Part shown: one piece after another, positions 1 to 13,603 of the stretch
Position numbering within the stretch: the first letter of the stretch is position 1
How the letters are laid out: the number at the start of each line of letters is the position of its first letter
Source: Bugula neritina
Taxonomy: Eukaryota; Animalia; Bryozoa
Assembly (NCBI GenBank): GCA_964035545.1
Contig: OZ037766.1
Location: forward strand, 24,296,126 to 24,360,125
DNA length: 64,000 bases
Direction of reading: 5' to 3'
The notes under the pieces: model-generated
Told to the model about the DNA's origin: nothing
Seen by the model: the letters and a program-made list of their open reading frames with translations, nothing else
The model's database searches: none
Translations under genes and position numbers: made by a program

Positions 1-443
1 ACATGACATAGTTTCAAGCTTGCAGTTTGAATTATGAATGTCTACGTAAATAAAGTTCCAAGATGAGAATTGGATACCAATGACAGTGTAACAACGCTGA
101 GAGTACAAACTCGTTCTCCATTTAATGTTGCTAACTAACAAACGTCCTAACAATTGTCCTCTTCACTTCCCTTAACCCACCTTCCCCTCCCCCACCCTCT
201 CTTCCCCACCCTCTCTGTCCCTCCAAATTTGTATATATGTACTGCAATCTGACATGAAAAATGTAACCAATCAGATTTCAATAAATAATTAATTAGCTCA
301 GCCTACCATATTGTTTCTAGTTTATAGAAATGCAGTTTGTCCTAATTTATTCTAGTCTTTATATAACTACATGTTTTTAATATTAAACTAAACTAAAGTT
401 TTAAAATAAAAAACTAGTGAGAAAGCTGCAAATACACACTCAC

Positions 444-3400
444 ATCTCCAAAATATTGACGGTCAATTGAAACGTTGGAAGCCCAAGCCTTAGCTCCCAC
501 ATAATGTGGCCCGTTTGCTGGTGTTTCCTCATAAATGAGCTCTCTTTTTCGATCGGATGGCTTTACTCGAGGAATTTTCTAAAATAAATTTCAACAGACA
601 CTAATGATTTTATCGAGCAAGTATAACATTTGATAGACATACAGTAATATTAGCAGTATAAACTATTATTTCAGGATCACTTCCTAAGTGCTGTCATGTT
701 GAGTAATAAGAATAAGATATTTTGCTCCTTTTCGTCATTGATTAATAATATTTTGCTTATAGATTTATAGTGTATAGATTACAACATCTCGCAGAACTGA
801 TATATACTATTTGTGCGTGCATGCGGTGTGGTGTGTGTGTGTGTCAATGTATAAGTAAACTTATAATACTCAAACTCCCACAAGTTTATAGTCGCTACCC
901 CAGTAAGAAAGCCTCTGTTGGTTTCTGGTAAATCGGGCTAATGACTTATTAAGATGAGGCACAGGAGCAATTATGACTAGATGCTCTTGCTGACATCACC
1001 AACGGCCTTTGTTTGGACTTGAACCCATGATTTTCGTGTTTACCAGGCAAACTATCTAACCCCTAGACCCAGGCTGCTCCCCCTTATATTTAAAGTATAC
1101 TTTACTATATTATTTATAAACTACATACCACATCCACATTACCAGAAAACAGTTTGCTAATTCTGGTGCTGTTGGCTTGCTCCAGATCAAACATAGCCAC
1201 ATTATAACTGTTCTTCCGAGATCCACTGCCTTCTGTAAACAACATTGAATGTATTATGTTAAATTTATATCAGCATTATTCTTAAATGGTAATAATGGTA
1301 TGAAGCAAAAGTAAGCCTATAAGCAACACTAAAGCAGTGAAATGTGTTAAAACTGATGTAATTTTTACTAAAATTTAGACTAATATGTTATATAATATTT
1401 CATATTCGATTTCTAAAGCTAGCACCAATGACCTATACTTTAAACTCAGTATAATTTGAAAAAAAAACTTATTTTTGCAAAATCTTTGCAATAAAAATGT
1501 TTAAAATATTGACAGAAATTACTATGGTTATTTAACTTTATCAATTATATACTTAGAGTACAGTAATATGCACTGGTGTATTTGTCATGTATGCTTTTTT
1601 CTCTATTTGATCTATCAGAACTTTGCCTTTCAAGCACACACTAGTTATTGCACTGCAAAGCACACTGGTGCAGATTTATGTTCTGAATGATAGTATTTAT
1701 TGTAAATAATATAACGGCACTTACTAGTATTGTATCTTCTCTGGCAGCACACAACTCCAATTACAATCACTAGTAATCCAAAGCAAATGCTGCCTCCAAT
1801 AACAGCAGCTAGTATTGGAGAATCCATTTCCTTACAATCCGCACCTTTCCACCCATATGGACATTTTCTACATACAAAATTTTTGTATTAACATAGAACT
1901 CAATGTGGAATATTTACAGTAAACTACATATATGAGCTTTTTTGTTCAGATATTATAGATAGTTCAAATATACAATTAACAACACTCTATGAACTAACGA
2001 CAAAATTGTACGTAGTTTTTCTGAGCATAATTAAAATGCTTTAAACATAGTGTAAAACACGAAATACCTTCACATAATCTACTTAATTATTTTTAGAATG
2101 TTTGAAGCTGTTAACAATTAGCAAAGGCGTATCTCAGTACTGAATGACTGAATTTGGTCAATGTTACCTGCAGGCAGTTGTTTGGGTTTGTTGAATTTGG
2201 GAAACTTAAGTTTAAAATTATAAAAAACTTATGTGACCATTGATGGAGCATAAGGATTTTGTAACTATACACTATATGTTTGTCATTGCCTCAAGATCTA
2301 AAGTGCTAGATGAAATCTCTACTTACATGCCAGGTGTATATGCTCTAAAAGAAAAACACAAACATATGTAGTAAAATAAGGCAAGAGAAGTATTGTGAAA
2401 AGTAAAAAAATGTTATACAATGTTTTAGCTATATAATGCTATACTAGAGTTAATACCTGGTGAATGTTGGATACGGAGTGGTTATTATTGAAGCTGACAC
2501 TCCATTTCTCTTTAAAAGCTGCTCCCAGTCATGGCGTAAGGTGATGCTTGCATTCTTTATCAGAGCAGGGCTCAATGTACTTGAAACATTTGTGACTTGG
2601 GGAAGCAATGAAGAAATTTCACTAGTCGTAATATCATTTATATTTCCCTGGATATTACTAGTGATATATTTAATGATGGCACTTTCATCTAAATCGGGTA
2701 CACTACGCTTGCTTCGAGAAACTGAGGTGATGGCAAAGGAGTTGGTACATTCGTATTCAGTTTCACTAACAGATGTACAGTTAGTTTCTGTGGCATTGAT
2801 TTCAATGAAAAATCCTTGTAGCTACAAAAAAATTATCATATTAAGTTTCTACAGCGAGAAAATTTTACTCATATTACTATAAATATTTTTAAGTTTTATA
2901 GAGAAAGAAAATTTAAAATAATGAATTACATACCGTTTTTATCATGCTCACTCGATATAGGAAAATTTTATCTTCAGAGGAAGAATCAGGCAGCAGTAAT
3001 GCAATTGTTAATGCATAAGATGATTCTAGTGATGCTGTAGTTGTAGCAGGCGCTTGGGTAGTTGTAGCAGGGGCTTGAGTAGTTTTAGGTGGTGCTTGAG
3101 TAGTTGTAGAAAGTGCTTGAGTACTTTTAGCAGGTGTTTGAGTAGTGGAAGCGGGCGCTTGAGTGGTTTCAGCTGGAGCTTGAGTTGTTTTAGCAGGTCT
3201 TTGGGTAGTTGTAGCAGGTGCTTTAGTAGATATAGGAGGTGCTTGAGTACTTGTAGCTGGTGCTTGAGTAGTGGAAACAGACGCTTGAGTGGTTTTGCCT
3301 AATGCTTGAGTAAAGTTAGCAGGTGCTTGAGTAGTGCTAGCGAGTGCTTGAGTGTTGGAAGTGAGCGCTTGAGTAGTTTTAGCTGGTGCTTGAGTAGTTG

Positions 3401-6400
3401 TAGAAAGTGCTTGAGTACTTTTAGCAGGTGATTGAGTAGTGGAAACAGGCGCTTGAGTAGTTTTGCCTAGTGCTTGAGTAGAGTTAGCAGGTGCTTGAGT
3501 ACTTATAGCAGGTGCTTGTGTAGTTGTAGTAGGTCCTGCAGTACTTGTAACAGGTGCTTGAGTAGTGGAAGCGGGTGCTTGAGTGGTTTCAGTTGGTGCT
3601 TGAGTTGTTTTAGCAGGTGCTCGGGTAGTTGTAGCAGGTGCTTTAGTAGATGTGGGAGGTGCGTGAGTACTTGTAGCAGGTGCTTGATTAGTTTTAGCTG
3701 GTGCTTGAGTAGATGTAGCAGGTGCTTGAGTACTTGTAGCTGGTGCTTGAGTAGTGGAAACAGGCGCTTGAGTGGTTTTGCCTAGTGCTTGAGTAGAGTT
3801 AGCAGATGCTTGAGTAGTGTTGGCTAGTGCTTGAGTGGTGGAAGTGAGCACTTGAGTAGTTGTAGAAGGTGCTTGAGTACTTGTAGCAGGTGCTTGTGTA
3901 GTTGTAGTAGGTCCTGCAGTACTTGTAACAGGTGCTTGAGTAGTGGAAACAGGCGCTTGAGTGGTTTTGCCTAGTGCTTGAGTAGAGTTAGCAGGTGCTT
4001 GAGTAGTGTTAGCTAGTGCTTGAGTGGTGGAAGTGAGCGCTGGAGTGGTTTTAGCAAGTGCTTTAGTAGATATAGGAGGTGCTTGAGTACTTGTAGCAGG
4101 TGCTTGTGTAGTTGTAGTAGGTCCTGCAGCACTTGTAGCAGGTGCTTGAGTAGTGGAAGCGAGTGCTTGAGTGGTTTCAGCTGGTGCTTGGGTTGTTTTA
4201 GCAGGTGCTTGGGTAGTTGTAGCAGGTGCTTTAGTAGATGTAGGAGGTTCTTGAGTACTTGTAGCAGGTGCTTGGGTAGTTGTAGCAGGTGCTTTAGTAG
4301 ATGTAGGAGGTTCTTGAGTACTTGTAGCAGGTGCTTGATTAGTTTTAGCTGGTGCTTGAGTAGTGGAAACAGGCGCTTGAGTGGTTTTGCCTAGTGCTTG
4401 AGTAGAGTCAGCAGGTGCTTGAGTAGTGTTGGCTAGTGCTTGTGTGGTGGAAGTGAGCGCTTGAGTAGTTTTAGCTGGTGCTTGAGTAGTTGTAGAAGGT
4501 GCTTGAGTACTTGTAGCAGGTGCTTGTGTAGTTGTAGTAGGTTCTGCAGTACTTGTAACAGGTGCTTGAGTAGTGGAAACAGGCGCTTGAGTGGTTTTGC
4601 CTAGTGCTTGAGTAGAGTCAGCAGGTGCTTGAGTAGTGTTGGCTAGTGCTTGTGTGGTGGAAGTGAGCGCTTGAGTAGTTTTAGCTGGTGCTTGAGTAGA
4701 TATAGGTGGTGATTGAGTACTTGTAGTAGGTGCTTGTGTAGTTGTAGTAGGTCCTGCAGTACTTGTAACAGGTGCTTGAGTAGTGGAAGCAAGCGCTTGA
4801 GTGGTTTCAGCTGGTGCTTGAGTAGTTTTAGCAGGTGCTTGGGTAGTTGTAGCAGGTGCTCTAGTAGATGTAGGAGGTGCTTGAGTACTTTTAGCAGGTG
4901 CTTGAGTACTTGCAGAAGATGCTTGAGTAGTGTTAGCTAGTGCTTGAGTGGTTTTAGGTGGTGCTTGAGTAGTTGTGGCAGGCGCTTGAGTAGTTTTAGG
5001 TGATGCGTTGGTAGTTTTAGCAATTGGTTGTGTTTCTGTCTGTCCACCATTGGTAGTACCTGCTATAGGCATCTGTATTTTTTCAGTGTCAGATTGAACT
5101 TGTATTCCTTTCAAAGCATCTTTTATAATGTCAAATGATTGATTTTGTAATTTATTACTTAATTTATTGACAACGTCTGTTATAAAATCTTGACCAATAA
5201 GTTGATTTACGTTCATAGCCCGTTTAAATCTTGTTAGTTCCTTTTCTCTCCAGATAACCACGCAAGTATAGTTATCTGTTGTTCTTGCATTACACTCAAC
5301 TGAAGTATACTGCTGTTTTCCTGAAAACTGTTTTCTGTACTGGTTTTCTAGCTGAAAAATAAAAGCAAGATTGTATTTAGTCAACACTTCTAATATAAAC
5401 ATCTTAAAGTTATCATAATTATTGTAGGCCTAAAGGTTTTCATCATAATTTTGTTGCTGGCCTAATTTTGAAACACATGGTTTTTTGCATAACAATAGGC
5501 ATTTAAACTTATATACTTTTACTAATATTGCCTTATTATAATAAATCAATACTGCGTCAAAAAGCTACCAATTCTATTATCGTTTATTACTCAGCTCACT
5601 ATGGTAAACCATCAGGCAAGTTAATCAAAATAAGCCATCGGTTAGCCTACTGTAAAAAGTTATTAAATATTTTCACTGAAAATACCCTAATTTTGTAACA
5701 AGAAAATAATCCTTCATTGCTTTCCCCGTTGATCTCAGTTTGATAGTATTTTTAAAATTTAGTAAAGTAAATTTTGTTACATATCTATAGCGATTTTCTG
5801 GTGACAATTAAAAGATGTTTTTATCCTAGCAAGTTTTTATGTAGGCTTGTGCAATAAAAAAGTTATGTGAAGTGACTAGTAGTCTGGGAAGTTCAAAATA
5901 GTTTTAACTGATTGTAGCTTTATTGCAGCTAATTTTTAAAAAAACTAATTTGAAAAGAGTTAATAGAGGTAATGAGATATGAGAGCTAAATAAGTAATAA
6001 AGTTAAGAAAAAAATGAAATATTCAACAAATGAACAATTTCCAATAATTACCTCGCTTGAAGAGGTAATGCAGCTAAAGGTTTATTGAAGCTGAAATGGT
6101 TGCCAAGCGGGAATTCATGAGTGCAAAGCGCATCATCATAAAAATAAAGTTTTGAGTTGTTTATTTTGGGCAAAAAGCTAAATTATCATGCAGTAGCTAT
6201 AACCAGCACTTACTGACAGCTGCTTCACTTAACAGAAACCAGCAATAAATCAAAAACGAATGCCATCACATTGGTTGGAACGCATACTATTCATTGGTGC
6301 CTAATATATGAATATTCACTGAACCTATAATCATGACGAAGTTAGCTTTTGAGAATCGTGAAAAACTTACTGCTTCTTTTATGCTTTGTCTGTACAACAT

Positions 6401-9400
6401 TAGGGTTTCATCATCAGTTGTGTTTATCAGCCTTGGAATAACTAAATTGAAGGTTGTTTTGTTAAAAATTTCAAAAGCAGGTTGTTTTTCAGTTGACATT
6501 GAGGAAATTGAAGTCAGGTTTTTAGCCATTGTTGTAGATACTTCAGTAGCTCTGGAAGTTGCCTGAGTAGTTTTGGCAGGTGCCAGGGTAGTCGTAGCAG
6601 GTGATTGAGTCATGTCTAGTGTTTGAGTACTTGTAGCAGGTGATTTAGTAATTGTGGCAGATGTTTTTGTAACGATGGTAGGTGCTGTGGTAGATGTTGT
6701 AGGTGCCTGGGTAAATGTGGCAGGTGTTTTAGTAGTTTTGGCAGGTCCTGAGGTAGTTGTTGTAGAGTGTTGGGTCATGTCTGGTGTTTCAGTACTTGTT
6801 GCAAGTGCTTTAGTAGTTGTGGCAGGTGCTTCAGTAATTGTGGCAAGTGCGTGAGTAGTTTTGGTAGGAGTCTTAGCAGTTTTAGCTGGTGCTTTAATAG
6901 TTGTGACAGGTGCTTGGGTTGGCGTGGCAGATGCTTTCGTAGTTAAGGCAGATGCTTTCGTAGTTGTGGCAGATGCTTTCGTAGTTGTGGCAGGTGTTTT
7001 AGTAGTTGTGGCAGGTGCCTGGGTAGCTGTGGCAGGTGCTTTAGTAGTTGGGGCAGATACTTCAGTAATTGTGACAGGCGCTTGGGTAGTTGTGGCAAGT
7101 GCTTCCGTAGTAGTGGCAGGTGCTTGAGTAATGTTGGCAGGTGCCTGAGTAGTTTTAGCTGATGCTTTAGTAGTTGTAGCAGATGCTTTCGTAGTTGTGG
7201 CAGGTGCTTGAGTAGTTTTAGTTGGTGCTTTAGTAATTGTGACAGGCGCTTGAGTAGTTGTGGCAAGTGCTTCCATAGTAGTGGCAGGTGCTTGAGTAGT
7301 TTTAGCTGATGCTTTAGTAATTGTGACAGACGCTTGAGTAGTTGTAGCGGATGCCTGGGTAGCTGTGGCAGGTGTTTTAGTAGTTGTGGCAGGTGTTTTA
7401 GTAGTTGGGGCAGATACTTCAGTAATTGTGACAGGCGCTTGGGTAGTTGTGGCAAGTGCTTCCATAGTAGTGGCAGGTGCTTGAGTAGTTTTAGCTGATG
7501 CTTTAGTAATTGTGACAGGCGCTTGAGTAGTTGTAGCGGATGCCTGGGTAGCTGTGGCAGGTGTTTTAGTAGTTGTGGCAGGTGCTTTAGTAGTTGGGGC
7601 AGATACTTCAGTAATTGTGACAGGCGCTTGGGTATTTGTGGCAAGTGCTTCCGTAGTAGTGGCAGGTGCTTGAGTAGTTTTAGCTGATGCTTTAGTAGTT
7701 GTGGCAGGTGCTTGAGTAGTGTTGGCAGGTGCCTGAGTAGTTTTAGTTGGTGCTTTAGTAATTGTGACAGGCGCTTGGGTAGTTTTAGTTGATGCTTTAA
7801 TAATTGTGACAGGCGCTTGAGTAGTTGTGGCAGGTGCTTTAGTAGTTGGGGCAGATACTTCAGTAATTGTGACAGGCGCTTGGGTAGTTGTGGCAAGTGC
7901 TTCCGTAGTAGTGGCAGGTGCTTGGGTAATGTTGGCAGGTGCCAGAGTAGTTTTAGCTGATTGGGTTGTTGGGGCGGGTGTTTGAGCACTTGTGGCAGAT
8001 GCTCTAGCAGTTGTAGTAGGTGCCTGAGTAGTTGTAGCAGGTGCTTGTGTAGTTGTAGCAGGTGCTTTAGTAGTCATAGCTGGTGTTGTCTTTGGTCCTT
8101 TGTTAAAAATAAAATTGTTTGTTATAATTGTCTATCGCATAGTTTGGATTGGTTTTGGTTTAATTATAATCAATTTGTATGATATATATGTCTTTTTTAT
8201 AATGCAAATAATAAAAATGCTACTCATGTTTAAAATAACATTTTTTCTAAATTATTTCCACAACCTACCTACACATGTGATTCCGTCTCCTTTGTATCCA
8301 TATTTGCAGAAACAGCGCAACTTGTTCAAAGCCATGATAAATTCACATTTTGCATTTGGAGAGCATACTTCATTACCACATATCATACCATCTGCTTCTA
8401 TAGAGACATAAACAAGTATATTGCCAGTCTGGTAATTCAATCAAATCTAAGGTTGGTATAATATTTCTCTTTTACATAAAGTTGCATTAAGATTCAAACA
8501 ATGATTTCTTAAAGCCATTCATTGTAATCATGCTTTTTAATTCATACGGAAGTAACAGTAAAAACTATTTTTGTTCTCGCATTTTTATTCAATAGCTTAT
8601 TATGGAGTTTATTAACTCAATGCTTAATTTTTGAAAGCTTGGCTGGGTTTACCCCAATTTAATAGTTAACATTCAACAATGGTTTTGCTGCTTTAGCTAG
8701 ATATATTTTTTAGAACTAAGGACTCAGTCACCTTGTGACCAGTCTCTTACTAACACATAAGGCATTAAAATTTTTAGCATACATGTGATTATAATTTTTA
8801 AAGATCAATATTGTAGTTAACAATTTTTATCTAAAACATTTCTTCAAACATATAAGCTTTATTTATTTTGCTGTGTTAATTACCACATGTGAATGCCACT
8901 CTTCTTTTAAATTCGTCAAATAATAGCGCTTATGAGAATATACAAATAATCTGGTTTTCAGAATATTATATTTATTGCGTCCACTACTTAATAGTAAATA
9001 AAATACAAACACAATTAAAATTCATTCAAAAGTTCAAATAATTTCTATTTCCTATGAAAATGTTGTTTATGAAGATGATATACTAACTGAATTAGGCAAG
9101 TTTTACTTTGAATTATTCACAACACAATACAAATCTCTAATACTTAGATATCTTTACTTTTCATATTCACCAAACTCTTCTATGCAATATAAAGAATTTA
9201 GTATGTATATATAATATGTATATATATAATATTTATATATAATATGTATATAATACTTGGTACTTTATATTCCACTAGGTTATTACTACTACATTACTAT
9301 TATGTAACTGCAATATAAAGAATTTCATCTATATGCTGAATATTGGAAAACATATTCCTATTACTACTATATTACTATTATTATTATTACGTAACTACTT

Positions 9401-11341
9401 TGTTGCTGTATAGCTTTGCTTTACCTGTGCAGGTGAGTCCATCCCCAGTGAATCCTAACTTACAGGTACAGGTAAATGATCCTACAGTGTTTGTACATTT
9501 TGCATTCTTATCACACTTGTTTGATGGTACGTCACACTCATTGAAATCTACAAACAGTTAGATTAACATCAAATAGTCACCAGTCATTACCAAGACTTAC
9601 TTAAAAGTTTAGCCATGAAAAGTGCTATCTTTAATATATATTATAATGCGTTATTTATAGAATGTGGGCAATTCGATCTTGGGGTAATTTCTACAAAGCA
9701 TAACTTACTGTTACTAAACATACAGTAATTAAGCTTCAAGTTGATAAAAGTATATGAATTTGCATTGAAGAGTGTAGCTTCAATAAAACATGAGCTCTAG
9801 TAAAATTGTTATGTGTTATTGTGGTTGCTAGGCTACACTGCTTGAATGTCTTATAAAGCAATATTATTTAAAATTATTCTTTTGAAAAGTTTACCTTCTA
9901 ATTTTCAACAAATATGTCACATATTTAGCATAGCTGCAGCAAGTATGTGGCCATTCAAAATCTGACTAAAGCGTTTGAGAAATAATGACACCAACCAACA
10001 TGGCAACAATTTCCAAATATGTCCTATATATTACATATATAGAAACACTTCCAGACAGAAGGGTGTGGCAAGATATCATAGTTCATCTGTAGAGTAACTT
10101 TGGCAAGGAAGTTCTTCCAATACACAACTCTTTATACTCAGCGGATTCAGTAAACTTGATATTTGTACTAATGTAAAAAGTTTGAGTGTCAAAAGACCTA
10201 TAAAATGTAATATTTCTGATCAAAAAAGTATTTTTACTATGAAAAAGTAGCTATTTTAAATATAGTTACTTGTTTAGTCATCACACACTAAAGTGGAATA
10301 TTTCTTAAGAATTATCCTGTTTAGTATGAAATATGTTTATAATTAAAACTTGCACATATCATTTACCAATCTAATTTTCATTTAATGAGTTGGCATATAA
10401 TCTTAGTTTACTTATTGCGACAGCCAAGGTTTAGACAGAACAAGATGCTCTTGCGCAAAAATTCCATATATGTATTAGCTTATACATCCATAGGCTTACC
10501 TATCTCGCAGCGTTTACCAGTGAATCCCTTTTTGCATTCACAGAAGGTACCTCTTCGTAATGCCCAAAAGCAGTTTCCGTTATTTGAACAAGCTTCCTTA
10601 CCACATGGAAACCTTTGCTGACCTATAATAATCACGCAGATCTTATATGAGTTTCAGAGCATTCAATCAGCACACTCATAGTTGCATACAACTAATGTGA
10701 TTCATTATGCAGCATTACAACTTTATCAGTAGATATTTCAAAACACATGTATTCACCAACAAAAAATAACTTTGAATAAAAAGGATATAAATTATTACTT
10801 ATACAGAATGCCTCAATAATCAACAAATTTTCAAAAACATCTGTTTGCTGCTTAATTATGACAAATTGTGATGCACTAAAAAGCATTGTTAAATAATTTT
10901 AGTCTAGATACTCAATTGTTCATTTGTTTGATTAAAATGTTCAGTTTTGATATTTGATATTTGATATTCAATTCAAATGTCACACAATGAACCCATCAAT
11001 TAAGCTATGGCTTTTTTACCTAATCAATATTAAATATTTTTATGTAACAGCTTTATAACAATCAATACCCATGACCTTTTAATATACTGTAATAACTGGA
11101 CTTCATCCCTCTTTTGCAGAGATAAATGTTCCCAAGTTGGACCAGTTTCATTCACTTTATTTTGTTAGTAATAATATCACGGAGCAACTTTTCATACAAC
11201 TAGAGCTGAGTTATTTCTTCATGAACTTATAAACACCACCTAAGTTTTGAAATATAAATATGATAAATGAACAGTACCTGTGACAGAAACAAGATTGCTG
11301 GCAATTCCCAGCAAAAGGAAGAAGCTAATTGCAGTCTGCAT
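444..11341 (-). CDS. Transmembrane mucin with EGF and SEA-like domains (multi-exon; final exon probably beyond the left edge)
   Basis: Exons: 11341-11278 signal peptide (MQTAISFFLLLGIASNLVSVT); 10622-10500 EGF (CGKEACSNNGNC..CECKKGFTGKRCE); 9547-9425 Ca-binding EGF (DFNECDVPSNKCDKNAKCTNTVGSFTCTCKLGFTGDGLTC); 8397-8269 EGF; 8097-6371 and 5351-2934 Thr-rich repeats; 2821-2457; probable 18-nt micro-exon 2344-2327; unresolved exon near 2264-2168; 1867-1725 (KCPYGWKGADC plus TM); 1232-1129; 578-444 (KIPRVKP..). Phases are consistent except around 2168-2344. Confidence 0.85.
890..1080 (-). mobile_element. tRNA-derived SINE, family A
   Basis: Minus strand has A-box-like GGTCTAGGGG and B-box GGTTCAAGTCC; the body (gatgaggcacaggagcaattatgact..) recurs at about 20440-20640 and 54915-55040. 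Confidence 0.75.
3040..5020 (-). repeat. Mucin VNTR block 2, 21-nt/7-aa unit (TTQAPAx) with higher-order repeats
   Basis: ggtgcttgagtagtggaaac recurs at 3742, 3931, 4351 and 4561; spacings 189, 420 and 210 are all multiples of 21. Confidence 0.95.
6530..8077 (-). repeat. Mucin VNTR block 1, 21-nt/7-aa unit (TTKAPAT/TTQAPVT)
   Basis: Tandem Thr/Ala/Pro heptads in ORF 6287..8077. Confidence 0.95.
10693..10950. repeat. Dispersed repeat of about 250 bp, copy 1
   Basis: Diverged direct copy at about 13343-13603 (aatgtgattcattat..; aattatgacaaattgtgatgcactaaaa). Confidence 0.65.
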
Positions 11342-12159
11342 TATTTGTCGATTGGAGTGTTAACCAGGCAGGTAGAGTGATGTGTGACCGAAACACAATG
11401 GAATAAAACTGTTCTGTACTATATTGTATAATAAAAACTTTAAAACAAAAAGGCTAATTAAACAGTGACTAGGAAGAAACACTTGTGTGTTGAAGGGCGT
11501 TGTAAGTCACTTTAACTAAGAGATGAGTAAACACCAGATAGCTGAGCACTAAGTATATTATTATCACCAAATTCAGGTTTTTATCTAAAGCATAATTTAC
11601 ATTTTGACGAAATTGATTCCTTGTGAAATAGAAATGCAAATATTTATATAGTAATAATGAAAGTGATAAGACAGCTAACTTTCGTAAATATAGAAAGTTC
11701 CGTTTTAACGACATGCAGTGATGACATGTGTGGGCCAAAGTCTGGTAATGTGACTATGAATTTCATTTTAAATTTAGATTTGCAACGTTTAGTAATTATT
11801 TATATGCTAAATTTAAACTGAACTTAAACTACTAAACTAAACTTAAAGTTACTAAACAAAGGTATTTCTTTCTTAGCAGCTAAATAGCCATCAATAAATT
11901 TCTTGAATAGTAAAAATCAAATTGAAACCAATAATATATATATATGTGTGTGTGTGTGTGTGTAGGCACACACACACAATCAATCCATGAAGCCTTGTAA
12001 GAGGCAGCAAAAATTTGAATTTGCAAGTAAGGAATTAAAATAACGTTTTTTTAGTACTCAACATAATAAGGCATTTTATAGGAAGTGATTCTGAATTAAT
12101 AGTTTATACTGCTAATATTACTGTATGTCTATCAAATGTTATACTTGCTTGATAAAATC

Positions 12160-12877
12160 ATCAGTGTCCGTTGATATTTGTTTCAGAAAATTTCTTGAGT
12201 AAAACCATCCAATCGAAAAAGAGAGCTCATTTACAAAGAAACACCAGCGAACCGGCCACATCATGTGGGAGCAAAAGCTTGGGCTTCTAAAGTTTCAATT
12301 GATCAACAATATTTTGGAGATGTAAGTGTATATATGCAGCTTTCTCACAGGCTTTTCGCTTCAAAAATTTAAAGAATAATGGTAGTTATATAAAAACTAG
12401 AATAGTTGAACAAACTATATTAGAAAAAAGTAGTAAACTGAGCTAATTAATGATTGAAATCTACTTGGTTACATTTTTATTCTATGCTAGCTTGCAGTAC
12501 GTACTGAAATGGACAGGTGGAGAGAGGGTGGAGGGGGAGAGAGGGTGAGAGGGTGGAAGAGAGAAAATGAAGATAACAGTTGTTCAATTTTTTATGTGTT
12601 GACAACATCAAAAAGAGAATAATTTTCCACCTTAGAAGTTGTTAAACTATCATCGGTTATAAACTCTCATCTTGGAATTTGGCTTATGTTGCTGTATATT
12701 CATCTGGCTTATATTTCAAACTTGAAGTTTGAAGCTATATGTAATATTGTTGAAGCTGAAAGCTTTGTAAACACCAGCTTACTATTGTCTGTGATAACTT
12801 TCACAGATGTTTTCTGTTTGTAGGATGGCGAAACTCAAATGACTGAGATAGAATCTTCTCGACCTGACAGCAACTGA
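12160..12877 (+). pseudogene. Inverted partial duplicate of the mucin gene 3' end (pseudo-exons 12187-12321 and 12824-12877)
   Basis: 12187-12321 aligns to exon 578-444 with splice sites kept, but CGA>TGA at 12196-12198. The following intron matches the reverse complement of 1-443. A downstream ag|DGETQMTEIESSRPDSN* exon follows. Confidence 0.8.
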
Positions 12878-13342
12878 ATATGAATATGTACATGTATATA
12901 TGCATACTTACCTATAAGTGTCATAATTAGGAAAAGAGATGACAATTCTATTTGCAATAGCACTAACACGTGGTTGGTTTTTCACACTGCACCTCGTTGC
13001 TATTATAAGCAACACTTCTCTAATGTCATTAACCAACATTAAATCATTCTACGTAAAGAATGAGAACAATTTTTTCCAGCAGTGGGCTCTACCTAATCAG
13101 ATTTTTAGGCTCTGTTATAAAGTATTCAAACGTGTTTCCTGTCAAAGAAGACTGTCCAGTTATATAACTCAGAACTTAAAGCTTATGCTCCGCCTTAGTT
13201 TTACTTATCAGAAACATTTAAAAATTTCAAATTATGATCGAGACTTCCCTGTTATTGCATTTCATATTAAGGTAGGCTATAGCATAGCCTACCTTATGAG
13301 TTCCAGAACATTACGACAGCACATTCACTGTTTTATGAAACC

Positions 13343-13603
13343 AATGTGATTCATTATCGCATTACAACTTCATCAGTCATTGTTTCAAAACACAAATTTC
13401 GGTCAGTAATAAAAAAAACGTTGAAGAAAAAGATGTCAATCACTACTTTCACATGATATAAGAATAATAAACATATTTTTTAAAAAAGTTAGTTTACGGC
13501 TAAATTATGACAAATTGTGATGCACTAAAATGCATCACCTAATATTTTTAGTCTTATAGATATTCATTTGTTCATCTGCTTCAGTGAAAATTTTAGTTTT
13601 GAT
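13343..13603. repeat. Dispersed repeat of about 250 bp, copy 2
   Basis: Matches 10693-10950. Confidence 0.65.

Noticed and set aside
3054-4940. Cys/Ser-rich plus-strand ORFs
   Set aside because: Antisense shadows of the Thr-rich repeat.
6943-7989. 348-aa Leu/Lys/His heptad ORF (LLKHLPQ)n resembling amphipathic peptides
   Set aside because: Alternative-frame shadow of the 21-nt mucin repeat; it has no independent start context or splice support.
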